A stretch of 64,000 nucleotides of DNA, taken from positions 25,341 to 89,340 of the forward strand of contig CALVOG010000003.1 of the NCBI GenBank assembly GCA_944350265.1, written 5' to 3'. Positions 9,851 through 19,689 of the stretch are shown one piece after another. The notes below the pieces were generated by a model. It searched no databases. It had not been told where the DNA came from and saw nothing but the letters and a program-made list of their open reading frames with translations. This DNA is from an uncultured Clostridia bacterium. GTDB lineage: Bacteria > Bacillota > Clostridia > Christensenellales > UBA1242. A program made the translations under genes and the position numbers. The stretch's first letter is position 1; each line of letters starts with the position of its first letter.

Positions 9851-9910
9851 TTTAAACAATATTTTTGACTTTTTAACAATATTTTTGACTTTTTAACAAT
9901 ATTTTCAACC
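9851..9910. repeat. 20-bp tandem repeat, three copies
   Basis: TTTTAACAATATTTTTGACT units. Confidence 0.8.
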
Positions 9911-9966
9911 TTTTAAATAAAAAAATGTGAAATTAAAATGTTATTTTCACATTTTAAAATCACATC

Positions 9967-10887
9967 TTAGCCGAGCAAAAAGCCTTTTATTATAACATCC
10001 TCCGCCTCTTTTTCGTTTAGTCCGAGCGTCATAAGTTTAACAAGTTCGTCGCCAGCAATTTTTCCAATCGACGCCTCGTGAGTGAGAGAAGCGTCTTTTG
10101 AAACCGCGTCAATCATCGGCACAGACACAATTCGCGCTTCGTCTAAAAGTATGCCGTCGCATTCAACTCGTCCAAAACAACTTGCCTTACCCACCAAATT
10201 TGACTGGAACTTCTGCACGCTTTTTCCCTTTGCCACACTTCTCGACACAACCTCGACCTTGGAATTTTCTCCATTAAGAGTCACCTTAAAATCGGTGGTT
10301 GCGGTGTTATCGTTTTCGGTTAAAATATTTTCTTGTATACGCAAAAACGCCCCCTTGCCAAGCGTTGCAACGGTTTTACGCGCCGAACTTGTGACGCCTC
10401 CTAACTGCAACGTTTCAATTTCCAAGGTGGAATTTTCTTTTTGAAAAATTTTTGTGGTTGGATTTAAAATCTTTCCACCCTTTCCATTGCCTTCGCCGAT
10501 GTGACGCTCAATATACCTAACGTGCGCCCCTTTCTCGAGATGAAAAGAGTGGATGCCGTTATGGCGCGAAGTGTCACTTGAAGTGTTGTGGATTCCGCAT
10601 CCCGCAACAATGGTGACAAAAGCGTTTTCGCCAACAAAAAAGTCGTTAAACACCAAATCGTCAATCCCGCCCTCGGTGATAATGACCGGAATATGCACCG
10701 CCTTGTTCTTAAGATTCGGTTTAATAAAAACATCAATGCCAGACTTATTTTTCTTCGGCACAATTTCAATTTCAGCGCTATTTTCCCGCTTAACAACCTC
10801 GCCGTTTTTGCGAATGTTCACCGCGCCAAGCGATATGTTGTGAAGCGCCGAGATTTTTTCCAAAAGTGATTTGTCAATTCTATTCAT
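9967..10887 (-). CDS. SufB/SufD-family Fe-S assembly protein
   Basis: IVAGCGIHN, VECDGIL and LTHEASIGKIAGDELVKLMTLGL motifs; overlaps the end of the SufC-like ATPase gene. Confidence 0.9.
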   Translation of the reverse strand: MNRIDKSLLEKISALHNISLGAVNIRKNGEVVKRENSAEIEIVPKKNKSGIDVFIKPNLKNKAVHIPVIITEGGIDDLVFNDFFVGENAFVTIVAGCGIHNTSSDTSRHNGIHSFHLEKGAHVRYIERHIGEGNGKGGKILNPTTKIFQKENSTLEIETLQLGGVTSSARKTVATLGKGAFLRIQENILTENDNTATTDFKVTLNGENSKVEVVSRSVAKGKSVQKFQSNLVGKASCFGRVECDGILLDEARIVSVPMIDAVSKDASLTHEASIGKIAGDELVKLMTLGLNEKEAEDVIIKGFLLG

Positions 10888-11581
10888 TTCCGCCTCTCAA
10901 TTTCCCGCAAGTGGTGGATAAAAACGGTTTAATTTCGTCATATCTTCCAATTTTTTCCACCTTCCCGTTTTTTAGGAGGATGCAACTGTCGGCAATTTCC
11001 AAAATTTTGGTTTGGTGGCTGACAATGATTGTGGTGGAGTTCAGGTTTTTAAAAATATTTGTTAAACTCTCAAAACTCCAAAGGTCTATCCCCGCCTCTG
11101 GCTCGTCAAAAATGTTGAGTTTGGATTCGCGCGCAAGCACCATAGCAAGTTCAATCCGCTTTAATTCTCCGCCCGAAAGTTTGCCGTCGAGTGGTCTTTG
11201 AAGATAGTCTTTGGCGCAAAGCCCCACTTTTGAAAGTAGGTCACAAAGCGCGTTAAAATCGTTTTCCTTATGAGAGGCGATATTGAGAATATCCTTCACT
11301 TTCAAGCCCTTAAATGTCACAGGTTGTTGGAAGGCATAACTCATCCCCAAATTCGCCCGCTCGTCAATGGAAAGGTCTGTGATATCCTTGCCGTCAAAAA
11401 TAATCTTGCCCGCCGTTGGAGGAATAATGCCCATAATAAGTTTAACGAGCGTGGACTTGCCACTGCCGTTTGGCCCCGTTATCACATAAATTTTTCCATC
11501 CAAAAAATGGAGATTGACATTTTTAACAATCTCCTTATCGCCGTCGCTCACCAAATAACTCAAATCTTCAATTTTAAGCAT
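10880..11581 (-). CDS. sufC: SufC-like ABC ATPase
   Basis: GPNGSGKST, LSGGELKR and FDEPEAGIDLWS motifs. Confidence 0.85.
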   Translation of the reverse strand: MLKIEDLSYLVSDGDKEIVKNVNLHFLDGKIYVITGPNGSGKSTLVKLIMGIIPPTAGKIIFDGKDITDLSIDERANLGMSYAFQQPVTFKGLKVKDILNIASHKENDFNALCDLLSKVGLCAKDYLQRPLDGKLSGGELKRIELAMVLARESKLNIFDEPEAGIDLWSFESLTNIFKNLNSTTIIVSHQTKILEIADSCILLKNGKVEKIGRYDEIKPFLSTTCGKLRGGNE

Positions 11582-11587
11582 AAAAAA

Positions 11588-11616
11588 ATTATAAAATATT
11601 TCCTCATATCTGTCAA
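11588..11616 (-). promoter_or_regulatory. SigA promoter giving a probable leaderless sufC transcript
   Basis: TTGACA-17-TATAAT, then 6 nt to the ATG; no SD sequence. Confidence 0.8.
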
Positions 11617-11676
11617 GGAATTTTTCTTAAAATGTGTTGCAAGTTTAGGCACATTATTAAACATTCGCTAGCAACA

Positions 11677-11820
11677 AGAGGACGATTTAGACATTCGCGA
11701 GCGTGCGCTACGACCATTCTTCGCTCCGCTCAGAATGACCAAGCACGCTTGGATGTGTGAGGTGTCTTAGATTTAGCCGTGTTTTGCTGGCATAAAAGAG
11801 GATAATTTCGACATTCGCCA
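11677..11820 (-). repeat. Modular REP-like repeat cluster 2
   Basis: Core at 11708-11739 (-). About 120 bp is collinear with 48560-48680. Confidence 0.85.
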
Positions 11821-11832
11821 ATTCACGCAAAT

Positions 11833-13059
11833 CTAATTTCTTTTAAAGTCTAAAAGGTTATACGCCACAAGTTTGAGATGCTCATAGGTAAGCCCGCCTT
11901 GGAAATATGCGATATATGGTTTTTTGATTGGGCTATCGCACGAAAGTTCAATCGAGGCGCCCTCAACAAAGGTGCCAGCCGCCATTATGACATTTGTGGT
12001 GTAGCCCGCCATAGGATACGGAATTGGCGTGGCGTTGCTGTCAACGGGCGAAAGTTTTTGAATGAGTTGCACGAAGCGAACGAGTTCCTCATCGCTATCG
12101 AACACGATTGATTTTATTATGTCAAACGAGTCCTCAGTGGTGTCGGGGATGATTTTATAGCCCTGCTTTTTCATCACCTCACCGATAAGATACGCCCCCT
12201 TAACCGCTTCCTTCACAACGTGTGGAGCGATGAAAAGCCCTTGATAGAAGAGGCGATAACCGCTTTCATAGGAGCCTGTTTCCCTTCCAAGCGACGGGCA
12301 AGTTAAGCGGTTTTCAATTAATGCAAGCGCCCTTTTGGTGCCAGCGATATAACCGCCCGTTGGCGCAAGCCCTCCGCCAATATTTTTAATTAAACTCCCC
12401 ACAGCAACATCGGCACCGACGGCGGTTGGTTCCTTTGTTTCCATAAATTCGCCATAGCAGTTGTCAACCACAATAAAAGACTTTGGCGAAATTTCCTTGA
12501 TTTTTTGAAAGATTTTTTCCATTGCAAAAACCGAAAGCGCTTTTCTTGCCGAATATCCGCGTGAGCGTTGTACAAACACCACTTTTGGCTTTAATTTTTT
12601 CACCAATTTTAAGATTTTTTCTTCGTCAAACTTGCCGTCTTTTAACTCAACAAACTTTGCGGTTATGCCGTAATTTTCCAAACTGCCATTATCCTTGCCA
12701 AAGAGAGTGTCGCTGAGGGTGTCATATAGGTCGCCACTGATTGAAAGAAGGGTGTCCTTTGGGCGCAAAAGTCCGTATAAGCAAGTGGCAATCGCGTGGG
12801 TTCCGCTTGTTAAATGCGAAGTGACCACGGCGTCCTCCGTTTCGAAAATGTCGGCGTATACCTTTGAAAGCCCCTCCTTGCCCTTGTCGGTGTAGCCATA
12901 GCCCGTGGTGCCAGCAAAATGTTGATTTGTTATCTCTTCTTTTTGAAAAGCCGACAGCACTTTCAAGGTGTTATTAAGCGCAATTTCGTCAATTTTTTGA
13001 AAGCGCGAAGAAAGTTCCGCCTCAATATCATTTAAGATTTTCAGTTTTTCTCTATCCAT
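11833..13059 (-). CDS. ynbB: PLP-dependent YnbB / aluminium-resistance (methionine gamma-lyase-like) family protein
   Basis: GTTGYGY, SGTHAI, QRSRGY, DNCYGEF, GSLIKN and AAGTFVEGASIELS motifs. Confidence 0.9.
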   Translation of the reverse strand: MDREKLKILNDIEAELSSRFQKIDEIALNNTLKVLSAFQKEEITNQHFAGTTGYGYTDKGKEGLSKVYADIFETEDAVVTSHLTSGTHAIATCLYGLLRPKDTLLSISGDLYDTLSDTLFGKDNGSLENYGITAKFVELKDGKFDEEKILKLVKKLKPKVVFVQRSRGYSARKALSVFAMEKIFQKIKEISPKSFIVVDNCYGEFMETKEPTAVGADVAVGSLIKNIGGGLAPTGGYIAGTKRALALIENRLTCPSLGRETGSYESGYRLFYQGLFIAPHVVKEAVKGAYLIGEVMKKQGYKIIPDTTEDSFDIIKSIVFDSDEELVRFVQLIQKLSPVDSNATPIPYPMAGYTTNVIMAAGTFVEGASIELSCDSPIKKPYIAYFQGGLTYEHLKLVAYNLLDFKRN

Positions 13060-13951
13060 TTTTCCACCTCTCAATCATATTTTCCATCTTTTTTTGATAG
13101 TCTTTTTCTTCAATATCCACAAAATTAACGTTCTCCATTCCTCGAAGAAAGGTGAGTTGGCGCTTCGCGTAGTTGCGCGAGTGTTGCTTTATGAGTTCTT
13201 TCATACGCTCAAAACTTATCTCGCCTTTCAAATATTGCACCACTTCCTTGTAACCGATGGCGTGCATAGCCTGCGCATTTTCACTGACGCCCGCTTTAAG
13301 GAGCGCCCTAGCCTCCTCAACAAGTCCATTTTCAAGCATAATATCCACACGGCGGTTTATTCTCTCGTAAAGTTTTTGTCTCTCTAAATTTAACGCGAAA
13401 ATAAGAGCATCATATTCGCATTTTCCTTCCTTTTTTTCGCCCGAAAAGCGAGCAATTTCCAGCGCGCGAATAAGGCGATGAGGATTTTTTTTGTCGATTT
13501 TTTCATACGCACTTGGGCTTACATCTTTAAGCATTTCGGCGAGTTTCTCTATGCCGTCCACCTTTAAAATTTCTTCTAACTTTTTTCGGTAGTCCTCATC
13601 AACACCCACTCCGCCGAAGTTGTAACCTAAAAGAAGTGACTTCACATAAAGCGCCGTTCCGCCCACAACAATAGGGAGCGCATAGGGGGAAATTTCGTCG
13701 ATTTTTTTTCTTATCGCTTCCGTCATTTCATAGGCTGTAAAGTTTTCGTTCGGCTCGCAAATATCGATAAGGTGATGTTTTACCTCGCACATTTCCTCTT
13801 TCGTCACCTTCGCCGAGCCAATATTAAATCCCTTAAAAATCTGCACAGAGTCCGCCGAAATAACCTCGCCACCAAACTTTCTTGCCAAACTTACGGAGGT
13901 TTTAGTTTTTCCAACAGCGGTTGGACCTAAAATAAACAAAACCTTTTTCAT
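13052..13951 (-). CDS. miaA: tRNA dimethylallyltransferase
   Basis: GPTAVGKT, SADSVQ, IGYKE and RNYAKRQLT motifs. Confidence 0.97.
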   Translation of the reverse strand: MKKVLFILGPTAVGKTKTSVSLARKFGGEVISADSVQIFKGFNIGSAKVTKEEMCEVKHHLIDICEPNENFTAYEMTEAIRKKIDEISPYALPIVVGGTALYVKSLLLGYNFGGVGVDEDYRKKLEEILKVDGIEKLAEMLKDVSPSAYEKIDKKNPHRLIRALEIARFSGEKKEGKCEYDALIFALNLERQKLYERINRRVDIMLENGLVEEARALLKAGVSENAQAMHAIGYKEVVQYLKGEISFERMKELIKQHSRNYAKRQLTFLRGMENVNFVDIEEKDYQKKMENMIERWKNG

Positions 13952-15879
13952 TAAAGCACCCTTTTGAACATTTTTTCAAGTTCCTTACGCGTTATTTTCA
14001 CAACGATAGGTCTGCCGTGCGGACATAATAAAACGCTTTTTTTCATCTCCTCAATGAGGTAAACGATTTCGTCTTTTGTGACATCGTCGCCCGCGCGGAT
14101 GGCGTGCTTACAAGCGTGCTGACAAAGTTTCTCATTGATGAAAGCGCTCGCCTTTTTATCGCCAATCGTTTCGTCCGCCAAAATTTCATCCACGAAATCT
14201 TTAAGTTTTATGCTGGACAAAAGATATGGCACGCTTTTAATAACAAAACTTCCATCATAGGTGATTGTGAAGCCAATGGCGGTCAAATTATCCAATTTTT
14301 GTGCGAATTTTTCGCTGTCAAGTGGTGAAAGCACAAATTCATATGGCACAAGTAAATCTTGTTTTATCACGCTCTTTTCGTCCACCTCGCGCTTGAGTTT
14401 TTCATATAGTTGCCTTTCGTGCATCGCGTGCTGGTCGATAAGATAAATGCTGTCGTCATACTCAGTTATGATGTAAGTTTTAAACACCACGCCAACAATT
14501 TTCACCTCTGCTTTAACATCCGCCTCCAAAAATTTTTCTTCTTTCGGCAGGTCCACCTTATAATGCTCGCTCAAAAGCCTTTCTTCGGTTTGGTCGAAAT
14601 AGATGTAACCGCCCGGCTTATTATTCTTCCTCTCGTCGCTTTTAATATTTGAAAATTGTGGCATATTGATTATCTCAATGTCCTTTTTTTGAAGCGCGCG
14701 ATAGTCAACAAGTTCGTTGTCGTCGATGTCGTCCACCTTAATCATATAACTTGCGCCCTCGTTGCGTGAAAGTGGTTCAATCTTCGAAAGAGTTTGCGCG
14801 CTGAAAGAGGTGCGCGCTGGTTCTTCGTCATTTTCAATCGAAAATTTCATATAATCTTTTTCTTCTCGGCTTGAAAATTCGTAATCGGCAATTAAGTTCG
14901 TGCCAACAAGCGCACTTTCAACGGCGCGACGAATTGCCATAAACACCTTGGAATTTTCCTCGAATTTCACCTCTTTCTTGTTTGGATGAACATTGACGTC
15001 CACCTTTTCAAACGGAATTTTGAGGTTGATAACATAGATAGGGAAGCGCCCTTTCATAAGGAAGGAAGAATACGCCCCTTGTATGCACGCCGAAACTTGG
15101 TAATTTTCCACATAACGCCCGTTGACAAAAAGTGTTTGCGCGGTGCGGTTCGGTTTTGAAAGTTTTGGCGCGGAAATATAGCCCGACACTTCCACGTCGT
15201 CCATTTTTAAGTTCAGCGTGAGAAGATTATCATAAACCTCCCTGCCGTAGATGAGATAGATGACGTCTTTAAGTGACGAGGAAGTGGTTTTATAAATTTG
15301 CTTGTCGTCAACGATATATTCAAACGAAACATCCGGGCGCGCAAGCATAAACTTTTCAATAAGGTGCGTGATTTCGCCCTCCTCCGTCTTTGGTTTTCGA
15401 AGGAATTTGGCGCGCACTGGCGTGTTATAGAAAAGATTACGAACGGAGATTGTGGTGCCAGCAACTCGCGCGACCTCGCTTATCTTCCCAATATCTCCGC
15501 CGTTCGCCTCGATAAGATATCCCGTTTCCGCGCCCTTAGAAAGTGTGGAAAGTTTCACCATTGACACGGCGCAAATGCTGGCAAGCGCTTCGCCACGAAA
15601 GCCCAAGGTCATAATGCCGTCCAAATCGTCAACATCACTAATCTTACTTGTGGCGTGCGGTAAAAAAGCAAGTGGCAAATCCTCTTTTTCAATACCACAG
15701 CCGTCATCCGTGACAGTGATTTCTCTTATTCCGCCGTCATAGATTTCCACCTTTATTTTTGTGGCGCCCGCGTCCAAACTGTTTTCCACAAGTTCTTTCA
15801 CAATGCTTGCTGGTTTTTCCACCACCTCACCAGCGGAAATTCGATTATAAATTTTTGGTGAAAGTAAATTTATTTTCAT
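13951..15879 (-). CDS. mutL: DNA mismatch repair endonuclease MutL
   Basis: AGEVVEKPAS, GFRGEALAS, DQHAMHERQLYE and CPHGRP motifs. Confidence 0.98.
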   Translation of the reverse strand: MKINLLSPKIYNRISAGEVVEKPASIVKELVENSLDAGATKIKVEIYDGGIREITVTDDGCGIEKEDLPLAFLPHATSKISDVDDLDGIMTLGFRGEALASICAVSMVKLSTLSKGAETGYLIEANGGDIGKISEVARVAGTTISVRNLFYNTPVRAKFLRKPKTEEGEITHLIEKFMLARPDVSFEYIVDDKQIYKTTSSSLKDVIYLIYGREVYDNLLTLNLKMDDVEVSGYISAPKLSKPNRTAQTLFVNGRYVENYQVSACIQGAYSSFLMKGRFPIYVINLKIPFEKVDVNVHPNKKEVKFEENSKVFMAIRRAVESALVGTNLIADYEFSSREEKDYMKFSIENDEEPARTSFSAQTLSKIEPLSRNEGASYMIKVDDIDDNELVDYRALQKKDIEIINMPQFSNIKSDERKNNKPGGYIYFDQTEERLLSEHYKVDLPKEEKFLEADVKAEVKIVGVVFKTYIITEYDDSIYLIDQHAMHERQLYEKLKREVDEKSVIKQDLLVPYEFVLSPLDSEKFAQKLDNLTAIGFTITYDGSFVIKSVPYLLSSIKLKDFVDEILADETIGDKKASAFINEKLCQHACKHAIRAGDDVTKDEIVYLIEEMKKSVLLCPHGRPIVVKITRKELEKMFKRVL

Positions 15880-15880
15880 A

Positions 15881-18490
15881 TCATTCTCCTTTTGCGGTGC
15901 AAACTAAATCATTTAAAACCTCAAAACTCTCCATCGGCGTCATTCGATTCATATCAACGTCCTTAAGAATCGACAAAATTTTCTGTCCGAGTTTGTTGTT
16001 TTTCTCGGCGCGCTGACGCTCTTCGTCCTCACTGAAAATGTCTAAGTCTAGGCGCTTGTTCACCCTTTCAAGGTTCTCGCTTATCTCTTTTGCACGGTCG
16101 ATGACACGCTCTGGAACGCCAGCAATTTTTGCCACCTCAACACCAAAACTCTTGTTGGCGTGTCCGCGGACAATCTTTCTTAAAAACACCACACTGTCGC
16201 CAATCTCTTTGACGGTTATCTTATAGTTTTTCACGCCTTCAATCACGCCCTCAAGTTCGCTTAACTCGTGGTAGTGCGTGGCGAAAAGCGTTTTACATTT
16301 AACATTCTTTGCAATGTATTCCACCACCGCCCACGCAATCGAAAGCCCGTCGAAAGTGGAAGTGCCTCTGCCGATTTCGTCCAAAACCACCAAACTTTTT
16401 TCGGTGGCATTTGAAAGGATGAGAGCAACCTCGCTCATTTCCACCATAAATGTGGACTGCCCAAAAGCAAGGTCATCGCTGGCGCCAACGCGGGTGAAAA
16501 TTCGGTCGGTTATTGTGATTTCGGCGCTCTCAGCTGGCACGAAACTGCCGATGTGCGCCATAAAGGTTATCAGCGCAACCTGGCGCATATATGTGCTTTT
16601 GCCCGCCATATTTGGACCCGTTATTATGCTCATCAAGTTCTCGTCGTTATCTAAGAGCGCGTCGTTAGCAATGAAGTTGCCGTTTTTCACAAACTGCTCA
16701 ACAACGGGGTGCCTGCCACCAACAATCTTAATCGCCTTCACATTTTTGTTGATTGTTGGGCGAACATAGTTATATTTCACCGCGCACTCGGCAAGCGACA
16801 AGAGGCAATCAATCTCCGCCACCACCTTTGAAACTGTCTGAAAATGCGAGATATAGTTTGCGAGGTAATCAATGAGCGCCTTATATATTTTTTCTTCAAG
16901 TTTAATCGAATTTTCGTCGGCAGAAAGCACTTTTTCTTCCAATTCTTTAAGTTCGTTTGTGGTGTAACGCTCGGCATTCGTTAAGGTTTGCGTGCGCTGA
17001 TAGCGAAGAGGCACAAGTTCGGCTTGCGATTTCAAAACTTCGATATAATAACCAAAAACATTGTTGAATCTTATTTTTAAATTTTTAAGCCCCGTTTTTT
17101 CTCGCTCTCTTCTTTCAAGTTCCAAAACGGCGTCGGTGGAATTTTTTTTGAAGTTCCTAAGTTCGTCAAGTTCATCGTTAAAGCCCGCTTTAATGTAGCC
17201 TCCATCTCGTAAAACGGCTGGCGGAGTGTCGCTTATCGCGTTAGAAAGAAGGGTGTGAATCTTTGAAAAATCCACAATTTCTTCACTTAAATTAAGTAAA
17301 CTTTTCTCTTTTGCCGATGAAAGCGCCTCTTTTAATTTTGGAAGTTCACTGAGCGAATCTTTAAGCGCCAAGAGGTCCTTAGGCATAACGTTGCCATAAC
17401 CAATCTTGCCCGAAATTCGCTCGATATCGCGGATATTTTTAAGCGCATCCTTCACTTTGTCGCGCATTATGAGGTTCTTAGAAAATTCTTCCACGCCGTC
17501 AAGCCTTGCGTTAATTTTGGCGCTGTCTTTAAGAGGCTCGTCTAAATATGTTCGAAAGAGCCTTGCGCCCATCGGCGTTTTGGTCTTATCTAAAAGCCAA
17601 AGCAAACTGCCATAGCGCCTTTTGTCTCTAATCGCCTCCACAATTTCCAAATTTCGCCTTGTGTTGATGTCGATATTCAAAAAGTTGTCTTTCTTATGCG
17701 ATATAATCTTGTTGATGTTTCTTATCGAACGTTTTTGCGTTTCAAAAAGATATTCTAAAAGCGCGCCGATGGAGATAATGTCATTTTCTTTCCTTAACTC
17801 AAACACACTTAGCGCATTTTCGCCAAACTGCTTCAAAATATTCTCTTTACACTTAGGAAAATTAAATGCAAATTCGTAATATTCCTCAAACTTTGGCATT
17901 GTGCCGAGCGTTTGCAAGGCAAGGTTATTATAAAAAATCTTGCCCGCTTTGTTGCCAATCACCTGCGACGGACTTAGGCGCGTGAAAAGGTTAGAAAAGT
18001 TGGTTTCAATTTCTTTGTCGAAAGAGTAAAGATGAAATTCACCCGTTAAAATGTCTGAGTAGGTCACCGAAAGTTTATCGTTAGCATAATAGAGGCAGAG
18101 GATGTAGTTGTTTCGGTCTTTATCCAGCATACTCTCCTCCGTCAGCGTGCCAGCAGTGACCACCTTCACAACATCTCGCTCAACAATTTGCCCTTTTTTC
18201 GGCTCGGTTAATTGCTCGCATATCGCCACCTTATAGCCCTTTGCAACAAGTTTTGCAATGTATGCGTCAGCCGAATGATAGGGCACCCCACACATAGGCG
18301 CACGCTCGTCAAGCCCGCAGTTTTTGCCTGTTAAGGTGAGGTCCAAAACCTTGCTTATCTCCTCCGCGTCCTCAAAGAAAAGTTCATAAAAATCGCCGAG
18401 ACGATAGAAGATAACGCAGTCGTTATATTTCTCTTTAAGTTCCAAATAATGCACCATCGTAGGCGACAATTTTTTTCTGTCAATTTCCAT
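15881..18490 (-). CDS. mutS: DNA mismatch repair protein MutS
   Basis: GDFYELFFEDA, TGPNMAGKSTYMRQ, STFMVEM and DEIGRGTST motifs. Confidence 0.98.
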   Translation of the reverse strand: MEIDRKKLSPTMVHYLELKEKYNDCVIFYRLGDFYELFFEDAEEISKVLDLTLTGKNCGLDERAPMCGVPYHSADAYIAKLVAKGYKVAICEQLTEPKKGQIVERDVVKVVTAGTLTEESMLDKDRNNYILCLYYANDKLSVTYSDILTGEFHLYSFDKEIETNFSNLFTRLSPSQVIGNKAGKIFYNNLALQTLGTMPKFEEYYEFAFNFPKCKENILKQFGENALSVFELRKENDIISIGALLEYLFETQKRSIRNINKIISHKKDNFLNIDINTRRNLEIVEAIRDKRRYGSLLWLLDKTKTPMGARLFRTYLDEPLKDSAKINARLDGVEEFSKNLIMRDKVKDALKNIRDIERISGKIGYGNVMPKDLLALKDSLSELPKLKEALSSAKEKSLLNLSEEIVDFSKIHTLLSNAISDTPPAVLRDGGYIKAGFNDELDELRNFKKNSTDAVLELERREREKTGLKNLKIRFNNVFGYYIEVLKSQAELVPLRYQRTQTLTNAERYTTNELKELEEKVLSADENSIKLEEKIYKALIDYLANYISHFQTVSKVVAEIDCLLSLAECAVKYNYVRPTINKNVKAIKIVGGRHPVVEQFVKNGNFIANDALLDNDENLMSIITGPNMAGKSTYMRQVALITFMAHIGSFVPAESAEITITDRIFTRVGASDDLAFGQSTFMVEMSEVALILSNATEKSLVVLDEIGRGTSTFDGLSIAWAVVEYIAKNVKCKTLFATHYHELSELEGVIEGVKNYKITVKEIGDSVVFLRKIVRGHANKSFGVEVAKIAGVPERVIDRAKEISENLERVNKRLDLDIFSEDEERQRAEKNNKLGQKILSILKDVDMNRMTPMESFEVLNDLVCTAKGE

Positions 18491-19607
18491 TTTGTTTTTC
18501 CTTTTGAATTTCTTTTTCGCACTCTAAAAGCGCATTCACCCGTCTTTTCTTTGTTTCGGCATCAACTTGCCCCTCCATTTTGCTTGCCACCGTTCCTTCG
18601 CGCGGAGAATACATAAACGCAAATATGCCGTCAAACCTTACCTCTTTCACCAAACTTAAAGTGTCATTAAACTCCTCTTCAGTTTCGGTCGGGAAGCCCA
18701 CGATAAAGTCACTGGTTATCTTGCAATTTGGGATTTTTTCGCGGATTTCGTTTATGATTGAAAGGTATTTTTCACGGGTGTAGCGCCTGTTCATAAGATG
18801 CAAAATTCTGTTGTTTCCACTTTGCGCTGGAAGGTGAATTTCCTTTAAAATTTTCTCTTCATCTCTCACCACATCAATAACATCGCTTGTTAAGTCCTTT
18901 GGATGCGAGGTCATAAATGTGAGTTTAAAATCGCCCTCAATCTTGCAGATATCCTTCAAAAGTTTAGAGAAACACTCTCCATTTTTAAGGTCAGCGCCAT
19001 AGGAGTTGACATTCTGCCCAAGGAGGGTGATTTTTTTATATTTCCCCTCCTTAACAATCGCGCGGATTTCGTTTAATATCTTCTCTTCACTTCGGCTTTT
19101 TTCACGCCCACGAACATATGGCACAATGCAGTAGGTGCAAAAATTATTGCATCCTTGCATAATATTCACCCAAGCGTTATCGGCACTTGTGCGCTTATAT
19201 GGCACTTTTTCGTCGATTTCGCCTTCACTTAAAAGTTCCAACTGCCTGCCCGTTCGAACAGCCTCCAAATAATGCGCAAAATTCGGCAAATTAAATGTGC
19301 CGATAACAATATCCACAAACGGAAAGGTGTTTAAAATATACTTCGCCGTCGTCTCTTTTTGAGTTGCACACCCACAGACGGCGATGATAATGTCAGGGCG
19401 CCTCTTCTTCAACTTTTTAAGCGCGCCAACATTGCCAAAGACCCTGTCCTCCGCGCCCTCTCTTATTGCGCAGGTGTTGAAAATAATAAGGTCCGCCTCC
19501 TCTCTGTTTTCGGTTGGAAGATAGCCTAACTCTTCACAAATATATGCGAGTTTCTCGCTTTCGTGCACATTCATTTGGCACCCGTAAGTGATTATAATAT
19601 ATTTCAT
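18480..19607 (-). CDS. miaB: tRNA-2-methylthio-i6A synthase MiaB, lacking the TRAM domain
   Basis: TYGCQMN, NTCAIRE and GCNNFCTYC motifs; miaB-mutS synteny. Likely start 19607. Confidence 0.9.
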   Translation of the reverse strand: MKYIIITYGCQMNVHESEKLAYICEELGYLPTENREEADLIIFNTCAIREGAEDRVFGNVGALKKLKKRRPDIIIAVCGCATQKETTAKYILNTFPFVDIVIGTFNLPNFAHYLEAVRTGRQLELLSEGEIDEKVPYKRTSADNAWVNIMQGCNNFCTYCIVPYVRGREKSRSEEKILNEIRAIVKEGKYKKITLLGQNVNSYGADLKNGECFSKLLKDICKIEGDFKLTFMTSHPKDLTSDVIDVVRDEEKILKEIHLPAQSGNNRILHLMNRRYTREKYLSIINEIREKIPNCKITSDFIVGFPTETEEEFNDTLSLVKEVRFDGIFAFMYSPREGTVASKMEGQVDAETKKRRVNALLECEKEIQKEKQNGN

Positions 19608-19689
19608 AACAGTTATATTATACAAACTTCTCGCAACTTTTGCAAGGGCTATGATGTATTTTTGACAAAATTCGAAACATAATAAAAAA

